From NCBI GenBank assembly GCA_964057225.1, contig OZ059894.1, forward strand, positions 21,142,001-21,206,000: a stretch of DNA of 64,000 nt. Direction: 5' to 3'. The notes below the pieces were generated by a model, which was not told the origin of the DNA, made no database searches, and was given only the letters and a program-made list of their open reading frames with translations. The translations under genes and the position numbers were made by a program. Shown one piece after another: positions 1 through 12,279 of this stretch. The DNA comes from Auanema rhodensis. Its lineage: Eukaryota > Animalia > Nematoda. Position 1 is the first letter of the stretch; each line of letters opens with the position of its first letter.

Positions 1-444
1 AGCTTAAAAATCCGCATCGAATGCACTATACTACATCGAGAAACGCTTGATACAAAAATTAGTTATGATCGTTTGAAAAATGATGCATTAGTGTATGTTG
101 AGTTTCCATGTACACTCAACATTGCTTCCAAAAACATTTTGACAAAAGTTTTTCGAAAAATTTCAAGATAATTTAGCAAAAAGTAGATGTTTTTAGATTC
201 CATTTTTCAAGGCAAAGACGATGGACAATGTTATTCAACGAAAAAATTAATTCTTCAGGGTGAAAATCGAGGATATAAGTGTGAACTTATATCAGTTGAT
301 ATCTCGGTGCATTTTTAAGCTAGCGCAAATCTGATAACACAGATCGACGCAGCTTAAAAATCCGCATCGAATGCACTATACTACATCGAGAAACGCTTGA
401 TACAAAAATTAGTTATGATCGTTTGAAAAATGATGCGTTAGTGT

Positions 445-472
445 ATGTTGAGTTTCCATGTACACTCAACAT
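445..472. other. Inverted repeat A, present in each monomer (mp95-122): 9-bp stem, 10-nt loop
   Basis: ATGTTGAGT-ttccatgtac-ACTCAACAT; the arms are exact reverse complements. Confidence 0.9.
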
Positions 473-479
473 TGCTTCC

Positions 480-545
480 AAAAACATTTTGACAAAAATT
501 TTTTCGAAAAATTTCAAAATAATTTAGCAAAAAGTAGATGTTTTT
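480..545. other. Inverted repeat B (mp130-195): 8-bp arms enclosing an A/T-tract core with the palindrome TTTTTCGAAAAA
   Basis: AAAAACAT (480-487) pairs with ATGTTTTT (538-545). The interior contains TTTTG-A-CAAAA, AAAAATTTTT and TTTTTCGAAAAA. This is low-complexity sequence, so the significance is modest. Confidence 0.65.
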
Positions 546-622
546 AGATTTCATTTTTCAAGGGAAAGACGATAGACAATGTTATTCAACGAAAAAATTA
601 ATTCTTCAGGGTGAAAATCGAG

Positions 623-644
623 GATATAAGTGTGAACTTATATC
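623..644. other. Inverted repeat C (mp273-294): 9-bp stem with a GTGA 4-nt loop
   Basis: GATATAAGT-gtga-ACTTATATC; the arms are exact reverse complements. The right arm overlaps a second dyad, ATATCA-gt-TGATAT. Confidence 0.92.
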
Positions 645-661
645 AGTTGATATCTCGGTGC

Positions 662-712
662 ATTTTTAAGCTAGCGCAAATCTGATAACACAGATCGACG
701 CAGCTTAAAAAT
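662..712. other. Inverted repeat D (mp312 to mp11 of the next unit): 51-nt interrupted hairpin
   Basis: ATTTTTAAGCT-a-GCG-caa-ATCTG-ataaca-CAGAT-cga-CGC-AGCTTAAAAAT gives 11+3+5 complementary pairs. Confidence 0.9.
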
Positions 713-3700
713 CCGCATCGAATGCACTATACTACATTGAGAAACGCTTGATACAAAAATTAGTTATGATTGTTTGAAAAATGATGCATTAGTGTATGTT
801 GAGTTTCCATGTACACTCAACATTGCTTCCAAAAACATTTTGACAAAAATTTTTTCGAAAAATTTCAAAATAATTTAGCAAAAAGTAGATGTTTTTAGAT
901 TCCATTTTTCAAGGCAAAGACGATAGACAATGTTATTCAACGAAAAAATTAATTCTTCAGGGTGAAAATCGAGGATATAAGTGTGAACTTATATCAGTTG
1001 ATATCTCGGTGCATTTTTAAGCTAGCGCAAATCTGATAACACAGATCGACGCAGCTTAAAAATCCGCATCGAATGCACTATACTACATCAAGAAACGCTT
1101 GATACAAAAATTAGTTATGATCGTTTGAAAAATGATGCATTAGTGTATGTTGAGTTTCCATGTACACTCAACATTGCTTCCAAAAACATTTTGACAAAAA
1201 TTTTTTCGAAAAATTTCAAAATAATTTAGCAAAAAGTAGATGTTTTTAGATTTCATTTTTCAAGGGAAAGACGATAGACAATGTTATTCAACGAAAAAAT
1301 TAATTCTTCAGGGTGAAAATCGAGGATATAAGTGTGAACTTATATCAGTTGATATCTCGGTGCATTTTTAAGCTAGCGCAAATCTGATAACACAGATCGA
1401 CGCAGCTTAAAAATCCGCATCGAATGCACTATACTACATTGAGAAACGCTTGATACAAAAATTAGTTATGATTGTTTGAAAAATGATGCATTAGTGTATG
1501 TTGAGTTTCCATGTACACTCAACATTGCTTCCAAAAACATTTTGACAAAAATTTTTTCGAAAAATTTCAAAATAATTTAGCAAAAAGTAGATGTTTTTAG
1601 ATTCCATTTTTCAAGGCAAAGACGATAGACAATGTTATTCAACGAAAAAATTAATTCTTCAGGGTGAAAATCGAGGATATAAGTGTGAACTTATATCAGT
1701 TGATATCTCGGTGCATTTTTAAGCTAGCGCAAATCTGATAACACAGATCGACGCAGCTTAAAAATCCGCATCGAATGCACTATACTACATCAAGAAACGC
1801 TTGATACAAAAATTAGTTATGATCGTTTGAAAAATGATGCATTAGTGTATGTTGAGTTTCCATGTACACTCAACATTGCTTCCAAAAACATTTTGACAAA
1901 AATTTTTTCGAAAAATTTCAAAATAATTTAGCAAAAAGTAGATGTTTTTTAGATTCCATTTTTCAAGGCAAAGACGATAGACAATGTTATTCAACGAAAA
2001 AATTAATTCTTCAGGGTGAAAATCGAGGATATAAGTGTGAACTTGTATCAGTTGATATCTCGGTGCATTTTTAAGCTAGCGCAAATCTGATAACACAGAT
2101 CGACGCAGCTTAAAAATCCGCATCGAATGCACTATACTACATTGAGAAACGCTTAATACACAAATTAGTTATGATCGTTTGAAAAATGATGCATTAGTGT
2201 ATGTTGAGTTTCCATGTACACTCAATATTGCTTCCAAAAACATTTTGACAAAAATTTTTTCGAAAAATTTCAAAATAATTTAGCAAAAAGTAGATGTTTT
2301 TAGATTTCTTTTTTCAAGGCAAAGACGATGGACAATGCTATTCAACGAAAAAATTAATTCTTCAGGGTGAAAATCGAGGATATAAGTGTGAACTTATATC
2401 AGTTGATATCTCGGTGCATTTTTAAGCTAGCGCAAATCTGATAACACAGATCGACGCAGCTTAAAAATCCGCATCGAATGCACTATACTACATTGAGAAA
2501 CGCTTAATACACAAATTAGTTATGATCGTTTGAAAAATGATGCATTAGTGTATGTTGAGTTTCCATGTACACTCAATATTGCTTCCAAAAACATTTTGAC
2601 AAAAATTTTTTCGAAAAATTTCAAAATAATTTAGCAAAAAGTAGATGTTTTTAGATTCCTTTTTTTAAATCAAAGACGATGGACAATGTTATTCAACGAA
2701 AAAATTAATTCTTCAGGGTGAAAATCGAGGATATAAGTGTGAACTTATATCAGTTGATGTCTCGGTGCATTTTTAAGCTAGCGCAAATCTGATAACACAG
2801 ATCGACGCAGCTTAAAAATCCGCATCGAATGCACTATACTACATTGAGAAACGCTTAATACAAAAATTAGTTATGATCGTTTGAAAAATGATGCATTAGT
2901 GTATGTTGAGTTTCCATGTACACTCAACATTGCTTCCAAAAACATTTTGACAAAAATTTTTTCGAAAAATTTCAAGATAATTTAGCAAAAAGTAGATGTT
3001 TTTAGATTCCATTTTTCAAGGCAAAGACGATGGACAATGTTATTCAACGAAAAAATTAATTCTTCAGGGTGAAAATCGAGGATATAAGTGTGAACTTATA
3101 TCAGTTGATATCTCGGTGCATTTTTAAGCTAGCGCAAATCTGATAACACAGATCGACGCAGCTTAAAAATCCGCATCGAATGCACTATACTACATCGAGA
3201 AACGCTTGATACAAAAATTAGTTATGATCGTTTGAAAAATGATGCATTAGTGTATGTTGAGTTTCCATGTACACTCAACATTGCTTCCAAAAACATTTTG
3301 ACAAAAATTTTTTCGAAAAATTTCAAAATAATTTAGCAAAAAGTAGATGTTTTTAGATTCCATTTTTCAAGGGAAAGACGATAGACAATGTTATTCAACG
3401 AAAAAATTAATTCTTCAGGGTGAAAATCGAGGATATAAGTGTGAACTTATATCAGTTGATATCTCGGTGCATTTTTAAGCTAGCGCAAATCTGATAACAC
3501 AGATCGACGCAGCTTAAAAATCCGCATCGAATGCACTATACTACATCAAGAAACGCTTGATACAAAAATTAGTTATGATCGTTTGAAAAATGATGCATTA
3601 GTGTATGTTGAGTTTCCATGTACACTCAACATTGCTTCCAAAAACATTTTGACAAAAATTTTTTCGAAAAATTTCAAAATAATTTAGCAAAAAGTAGATG

Positions 3701-6700
3701 TTTTTTAGATTCCATTTTTCAAGGCAAAGACGATAGACAATGTTATTCAACGAAAAAATTAATTCTTCAGGGTGAAAATCGAGGATATAAGTGTGAACTT
3801 GTATCAGTTGATATCTCGGTGCATTTTTAAGCTAGCGCAAATCTGATAACACAGATCGACGCAGCTTAAAAATCCGCATCGAATGCACTATACTACATTG
3901 AGAAACGCTTAATACACAAATTAGTTATGATCGTTTGAAAAATGATGCATTAGTGTATGTTGAGTTTCCATGTACACTCAATATTGCTTCCAAAAACATT
4001 TTGACAAAAATTTTTTCGAAAAATTTCAAAATAATTTAGCAAAAAGTAGATGTTTTTAGATTTCTTTTTTCAAGGCAAAGACGATGGACAATGCTATTCA
4101 ACGAAAAAATTAATTCTTCAGGGTGAAAATCGAGGATATAAGTGTGAACTTATATCAGTTGATATCTCGGTGCATTTTTAAGCTAGCGCAAATCTGATAA
4201 CACAGATCGACGCAGCTTAAAAATCCGCATCGAATGCACTATACTACATTGAGAAACGCTTAATACACAAATTAGTTATGATCGTTTGAAAAATGATGCA
4301 TTAGTGTATGTTGAGTTTCCATGTACACTCAATATTGCTTCCAAAAACATTTTGACAAAAATTTTTTCGAAAAATTTCAAAATAATTTAGCAAAAAGTAG
4401 ATGTTTTTAGATTCCTTTTTTTAAATCAAAGACGATGGACAATGTTATTCAACGAAAAAATTAATTCTTCAGGGTGAAAATCGAGGATATAAGTGTGAAC
4501 TTATATCAGTTGATGTCTCGGTGCATTTTTAAGCTAGCGCAAATCTGATAACACAGATCGACGCAGCTTAAAAATCCGCATCGAATGCACTATACTACAT
4601 TGAGAAACGCTTAATACACAAATTAGTTATGATCGTTTGAAAAATGATGCATTAGTGTATGTTGAGTTTCCATGTACACTCAATATTGCTTCCAAAAACA
4701 TTTTGACAAAAATTTTTTCGAAAAATTTCAAAATAATTTAGCAAAAAGTAGATGTTTTTAGATTCCTTTTTTTAAATCAAAGACGATGGACAATGTTATT
4801 CAACGAAAAAATTAATTCTTCAGGGTGAAAATCGAGGATATAAGTGTGAACTTATATCAGTTGATGTCTCGGTGCATTTTTAAGCTAGCGCAAATCTGAT
4901 AACACAGATCGACGCAGCTTAAAAATCCGCATCGAATGCACTATACTACATTGAGAAACGCTTAATACAAAAATTAGTTATGATCGTTTGAAAAATGATG
5001 CATTAGTGTATGTTGAGTTTCCATGTACACTCAACATTGCTTCCAAAAACATTTTGACAAAAATTTTTTCGAAAAATTTCAAGATAATTCAGCAAAAAGT
5101 AGATGTTTTTAGATTCCATTTTTCAAGGCAAAGACGATGGACAATGTTATTCAACGAAAAAATTAATTCTTCAGGGTGAAAATCGAGGATATAAGTGTGA
5201 ACTTATATCAGTTGATATCTCGGTGCATTTTTAAGCTAGCGCAAATCTGATAACACAGATCGACGCAGCTTAAAAATCCGCATCGAATGCACTATACTAC
5301 ATCGAGAAACGCTTGATACAAAAATTAGTTATGATCGTTTGAAAAATGATGCATTAGTGTATGTTGAGTTTCCATGTACACTCAACATTGCTTCCAAAAA
5401 CATTTTGACAAAAATTTTTTCGAAAAATTTCAAAATAATTTAGCAAAAAGTAGATGTTTTTAGATTCCTTTTTTTAAATCAAAGACGATGGACAATGTTA
5501 TTCAACGAAAAAATTAATTCTTCAGGGTGAAAATCGAGGATATAAGTGTGAACTTATATCAGTTGATGTCTCGGTGCATTTTTAAGCTAGCGCAAATCTG
5601 ATAACACAGATCGACGCAGCTTAAAAATCCGCATCGAATGCACTATACTACATTGAGAAACGCTTAATACAAAAATTAGTTATGATCGTTTGAAAAATGA
5701 TGCATTAGTGTATGTTGAGTTTCCATGTACACTCAACATTGCTTCCAAAAACATTTTGACAAAAATTTTTTCGAAAAATTTCAAGATAATTTAGCAAAAA
5801 GTAGATGTTTTTAGATTCCATTTTTCAAGGCAAAGACGATGGACAATGTTATTCAACGAAAAAATTAATTCTTCAGGGTGAAAATCGAGGATATAAGTGT
5901 GAACTTATATCAGTTGATATCTCGGTGCATTTTTAAGCTAGCGCAAATCTGATAACACAGATCGACGCAGCTTAAAAATCCGCATCGAATGCACTATACT
6001 ACATCGAGAAACGCTTGATACAAAAATTAGTTATGATCGTTTGAAAAATGATGCATTAGTGTATGTTGAGTTTCCATGTACACTCAACATTGCTTCCAAA
6101 AACATTTTGACAAAAGTTTTTCGAAAAATTTCAAGATAATTTAGCAAAAAGTAGATGTTTTTAGATTCCATTTTTCAAGGCAAAGACGATGGACAATGTT
6201 ATTCAACGAAAAAATTAATTCTTCAGGGTGAAAATCGAGGATATAAGTGTGAACTTATATCAGTTGATATCTCGGTGCATTTTTAAGCTAGCGCAAATCT
6301 GATAACACAGATCGACGCAGCTTAAAAATCCGCATCGAATGCACTATACTACATCGAGAAACGCTTGATACAAAAATTAGTTATGATCGTTTGAAAAATG
6401 ATGCATTAGTGTATGTTGAGTTTCCATGTACACTCAACATTGCTTCCAAAAACATTTTGACAAAAATTTTTTCGAAAAATTTCAAAATAATTTAGCAAAA
6501 AGTAGATGTTTTTAGATTCCATTTTTCAAGGGAAAGACGATAGACAATGTTATTCAACGAAAAAATTAATTCTTCAGGGTGAAAATCGAGGATATAAGTG
6601 TGAACTTATATCAGTTGATATCTCGGTGCATTTTTAAGCTAGCGCAAATCTGATAACACAGATCGACGCAGCTTAAAAATCCGCATCGAATGCACTATAC

Positions 6701-9700
6701 TACATCAAGAAACGCTTGATACAAAAATTAGTTATGATCGTTTGAAAAATGATGCATTAGTGTATGTTGAGTTTCCATGTACACTCAACATTGCTTCCAA
6801 AAACATTTTGACAAAAATTTTTTCGAAAAATTTCAAAATAATTTAGCAAAAAGTAGATGTTTTTAGATTCCATTTTTCAAGGGAAAGACGATAGACAATG
6901 TTATTCAACGAAAAAATTAATTCTTCAGGGTGAAAATCGAGGATATAAGTGTGAACTTATATCAGTTGATATCTCGGTGCATTTTTAAGCTAGCGCAAAT
7001 CTGATAACACAGATCGACGCAGCTTAAAAATCCGCATCGAATGCACTATACTACATCAAGAAACGCTTGATACAAAAATTAGTTATGATCGTTTGAAAAA
7101 TGATGCATTAGTGTATGTTGAGTTTCCATGTACACTCAACATTGCTTCCAAAAACATTTTGACAAAAATTTTTTCGAAAAATTTCAAAATAATTTAGCAA
7201 AAAGTAGATGTTTTTTAGATTCCATTTTTCAAGGCAAAGACGATAGACTATGTTATTCAACGAAAAAATTAATTCTTCAGGGTGAAAATCGAGGATATAA
7301 GTGTGAACTTGTATCAGTTGATATCTCGGTGCATTTTTAAGCTAGCGCAAATCTGATAACACAGATCGACGCAGCTTAAAAATCCGCATCGAATGCACTA
7401 TACTACATTGAGAAACGCTTAATACACAAATTAGTTATGATCGTTTGAAAAATGATGCATTAGTGTATGTTGAGTTTCCATGTACACTCAATATTGCTTC
7501 CAAAAACATTTTGACAAAAATTTTTTCGAAAAATTTCAAAATAATTTAGCAAAAAGTAGATGTTTTTAGATTCCTTTTTTTAAATCAAAGACGATGGACA
7601 ATGTTATTCAACGAAAAAATTAATTCTTCAGGGTGAAAATCGAGGATATAAGTGTGAACTTATATCAGTTGATGTCTCGGTGCATTTTTAAGCTAGCGCA
7701 AATCTGATAACACAGATCGACGCAGCTTAAAAATCCGCATCGAATGCACTATACTACATTGAGAAACGCTTAATACAAAAATTAGTTATGATCGTTTGAA
7801 AAATGATGCATTAGTGTATGTTGAGTTTCCATGTACACTCAACATTGCTTCCAAAAACATTTTGACAAAAATTTTTTCGAAAAATTTCAAGATAATTTAG
7901 CAAAAAGTAGATGTTTTTAGATTCCATTTTTCAAGGCAAAGACGATGGACAATGTTATTCAACGAAAAAATTAATTCTTCAGGGTGAAAATCGAGGATAT
8001 AAGTGTGAACTTATATCAGTTGATATCTCGGTGCATTTTTAAGCTAGCGCAAATCTGATAACACAGATCGACGCAGCTTAAAAATCCGCATCGAATGCAC
8101 TATACTACATCGAGAAACGCTTGATACAAAAATTAGTTATGATCGTTTGAAAAATGATGCATTAGTGTATGTTGAGTTTCCATGTACACTCAACATTGCT
8201 TCCAAAAACATTTTGACAAAAGTTTTTCGAAAAATTTCAAGATAATTTAGCAAAAAGTAGATGTTTTTAGATTCCATTTTTCAAGGCAAAGACGATGGAC
8301 AATGTTATTCAACGAAAAAATTAATTCTTCAGGGTGAAAATCGAGGATATAAGTGTGAACTTATATCAGTTGATATCTCGGTGCATTTTTAAGCTAGCGC
8401 AAATCTGATAACACAGATCGACGCAGCTTAAAAATCCGCATCGAATGCACTATACTACATCGAGAAACGCTTGATACAAAAATTAGTTATGATCGTTTGA
8501 AAAATGATGCATTAGTGTATGTTGAGTTTCCATGTACACTCAACATTGCTTCCAAAAACATTTTGACAAAAATTTTTTCGAAAAATTTCAAAATAATTTA
8601 GCAAAAAGTAGATGTTTTTAGATTCCATTTTTCAAGGGAAAGACGATAGACAATGTTATTCAACGAAAAAATTAATTCTTCAGGGTGAAAATCGAGGATA
8701 TAAGTGTGAACTTATATCAGTTGATATCTCGGTGCATTTTTAAGCTAGCGCAAATCTGATAACACAGATCGACGCAGCTTAAAAATCCGCATCGAATGCA
8801 CTATACTACATTGAGAAACGCTTGATACAAAAATTAGTTATGATTGTTTGAAAAATGATGCATTAGTGTATGTTGAGTTTCCATGTACACTCAACATTGC
8901 TTCCAAAAACATTTTGACAAAAATTTTTTCGAAAAATTTCAAAATAATTTAGCAAAAAGTAGATGTTTTTAGATTCTATTTTTCAAGGCAAAGACGATAG
9001 ACAATGTTATTCAACGAAAAAATTAATTCTTCAGGGTGAAAATCGAGGATATAAGTGTGAACTTATATCAGTTGATATCTCGGTGCATTTTTAAGCTAGC
9101 GCAAATCTGATAACACAGATCGACGCAGCTTAAAAATCCGCATCGAATGCACTATACTACATCAAGAAACGCTTGATACAAAAATTAGTTATGATCGTTT
9201 GAAAAATGATGCATTAGTGTATGTTGAGTTTCCATGTACACTCAACATTGCTTCCAAAAACATTTTGACAAAAATTTTTTCGAAAAATTTCAAAATAATT
9301 TAGCAAAAAGTAGATGTTTTTTAGATTCCATTTTTCAAGGCAAAGACGATAGACAATGTTATTCAACGAAAAAATTAATTCTTCAGGGTGAAAATCGAGG
9401 ATATAAGTGTGAACTTGTATCAGTTGATATCTCGGTGCATTTTTAAGCTAGCGCAAATCTGATAACACAGATCGACGCAGCTTAAAAATCCGCATCGAAT
9501 GCACTATACTACATCAAGAAACGCTTGATACAAAAATTAGTTATGATCGTTTGAAAAATGATGCATTAGTGTATGTTGAGTTTCCATGTACACTCAACAT
9601 TGCTTCCAAAAACATTTTGACAAAAATTTTTTCGAAAAATTTCAAAATAATTTAGCAAAAAGTAGATGTTTTCAGATTCCTTTTTTTTAGGCAAAGACGA

Positions 9701-9829
9701 TGGACAATGTTATTCAACGAAAAAATTAATTCTTCAGGGTGAAAATCGAGGATATAAGTGTGAACTTATATCAGTTGATATCTCGGTGCATTTTTAAGCT
9801 AGCGCAAATCTGATAACACAGATCGACGC

Positions 9830-12279
9830 AGCTTAAAAATCCGCATCGAATGCACTATACTACATCGAGAAACGCTTGATACAAAAATTAGTTATGATCG
9901 TTTGAAAAATGATGCATTAGTGTATGTTGAGTTTCCATGTACACTCAACATTGCTTCCAAAAACATTTTGACAAAAGTTTTTCGAAAAATTTCAAGATAA
10001 TTTAGCAAAAAGTAGATGTTTTTAGATTCCATTTTTCAAGGCAAAGACGATGGACAATGTTATTCAACGAAAAAATTAATTCTTCAGGGTGAAAATCGAG
10101 GATATAAGTGTGAACTTATATCAGTTGATATCTCGGTGCATTTTTAAGCTAGCGCAAATCTGATAACACAGATCGACGCAGCTTAAAAATCCGCATCGAA
10201 TGCACTATACTACATCGAGAAACGCTTGATACAAAAATTAGTTATGATCGTTTGAAAAATGATGCATTAGTGTATGTTGAGTTTCCATGTACACTCAACA
10301 TTGCTTCCAAAAACATTTTGACAAAAGTTTTTCGAAAAATTTCAAGATAATTTAGCAAAAAGTAGATGTTTTTAGATTCCATTTTTCAAGGCAAAGACGA
10401 TGGACAATGTTATTCAACGAAAAAATTAATTCTTCAGGGTGAAAATCGAGGATATAAGTGTGAACTTATATCAGTTGATATCTCGGTGCATTTTTAAGCT
10501 AGCGCAAATCTGATAACACAGATCGACGCAGCTTAAAAATCCGCATCGAATGCACTATACTACATCGAGAAACGCTTGATACAAAAATTAGTTATGATCG
10601 TTTGAAAAATGATGCATTAGTGTATGTTGAGTTTCCATGTACACTCAACATTGCTTCCAAAAACATTTTGACAAAAGTTTTTCGAAAAATTTCAAGATAA
10701 TTTAGCAAAAAGTAGATGTTTTTAGATTCCATTTTTCAAGGCAAAGACGATGGACAATGTTATTCAACGAAAAAATTAATTCTTCAGGGTGAAAATCGAG
10801 GATATAAGTGTGAACTTATATCAGTTGATATCTCGGTGCATTTTTAAGCTAGCGCAAATCTGATAACACAGATCGACGCAGCTTAAAAATCCGCATCGAA
10901 TGCACTATACTACATCGAGAAACGCTTGATACAAAAATTAGTTATGATCGTTTGAAAAATGATGCATTAGTGTATGTTGAGTTTCCATGTACACTCAACA
11001 TTGCTTCCAAAAACATTTTGACAAAAGTTTTTCGAAAAATTTCAAGATAATTTAGCAAAAAGTAGATGTTTTTAGATTCCATTTTTCAAGGCAAAGACGA
11101 TGGACAATGTTATTCAACGAAAAAATTAATTCTTCAGGGTGAAAATCGAGGATATAAGTGTGAACTTATATCAGTTGATATCTCGGTGCATTTTTAAGCT
11201 AGCGCAAATCTGATAACACAGATCGACGCAGCTTAAAAATCCGCATCGAATGCACTATACTACATCGAGAAACGCTTGATACAAAAATTAGTTATGATCG
11301 TTTGAAAAATGATGCATTAGTGTATGTTGAGTTTCCATGTACACTCAACATTGCTTCCAAAAACATTTTGACAAAAGTTTTTCGAAAAATTTCAAGATAA
11401 TTTAGCAAAAAGTAGATGTTTTTAGATTCCATTTTTCAAGGCAAAGACGATGGACAATGTTATTCAACGAAAAAATTAATTCTTCAGGGTGAAAATCGAG
11501 GATATAAGTGTGAACTTATATCAGTTGATATCTCGGTGCATTTTTAAGCTAGCGCAAATCTGATAACACAGATCGACGCAGCTTAAAAATCCGCATCGAA
11601 TGCACTATACTACATCGAGAAACGCTTGATACAAAAATTAGTTATGATCGTTTGAAAAATGATGCATTAGTGTATGTTGAGTTTCCATGTACACTCAACA
11701 TTGCTTCCAAAAACATTTTGACAAAAGTTTTTCGAAAAATTTCAAGATAATTTAGCAAAAAGTAGATGTTTTTAGATTCCATTTTTCAAGGCAAAGACGA
11801 TGGACAATGTTATTCAACGAAAAAATTAATTCTTCAGGGTGAAAATCGAGGATATAAGTGTGAACTTATATCAGTTGATATCTCGGTGCATTTTTAAGCT
11901 AGCGCAAATCTGATAACACAGATCGACGCAGCTTAAAAATCCGCATCGAATGCACTATACTACATCGAGAAACGCTTGATACAAAAATTAGTTATGATCG
12001 TTTGAAAAATGATGCATTAGTGTATGTTGAGTTTCCATGTACACTCAACATTGCTTCCAAAAACATTTTGACAAAAGTTTTTCGAAAAATTTCAAGATAA
12101 TTTAGCAAAAAGTAGATGTTTTTAGATTCCATTTTTCAAGGCAAAGACGATGGACAATGTTATTCAACGAAAAAATTAATTCTTCAGGGTGAAAATCGAG
12201 GATATAAGTGTGAACTTATATCAGTTGATATCTCGGTGCATTTTTAAGCTAGCGCAAATCTGATAACACAGATCGACGC
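9830..12279. repeat. Run of seven apparently identical 350-bp variant monomers
   Basis: Starts at 9830, 10180, 10530, 10880, 11230, 11580 and 11930. Each carries GACAAAAGTTTTTCG (1-bp shorter allele), TTCAAGAT, CATCGAGA and GATGG. Confidence 0.93.

Larger units (their letters stand above)
351..701. repeat. Representative 351-bp monomer (second copy)
   Basis: Runs from AGCTTAAAAA at 351 to GATCGACGC ending at 701. A hand count of the near-consensus unit gives about 54 C and 57 G (~32% GC), with many A/T tracts. Confidence 0.97.

Noticed and set aside
500-520. CENP-B box-like motif at TTTCGAAAAATTTC
   Set aside because: It matches only TTCG....A and lacks the CGGG part of the canonical box.
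540-620. Possible hammerhead ribozyme or retrozyme (CTGAAGA on the - strand from TCTTCAG; CTGATAA on the + strand)
   Set aside because: The monomer size fits ribozyme-bearing satellites, but after CUGAAGA there is no stem II closed by GAAA (the next GAAA is over 40 nt away with non-pairing ends). The + strand motif lacks the conserved G of CUGANGA. An Infernal search would settle other ribozyme classes.
1-701. 5S rRNA, tRNA, snRNA or spliced-leader tandem gene unit
   Set aside because: I recognise no 5S or tRNA sequence, cloverleaf, or clear Pol III A/B/C boxes on either strand.
623-712. Rho-independent terminators at the hairpins
   Set aside because: There is no upstream gene, the stems are AT-rich, and the context is a eukaryote-like satellite.
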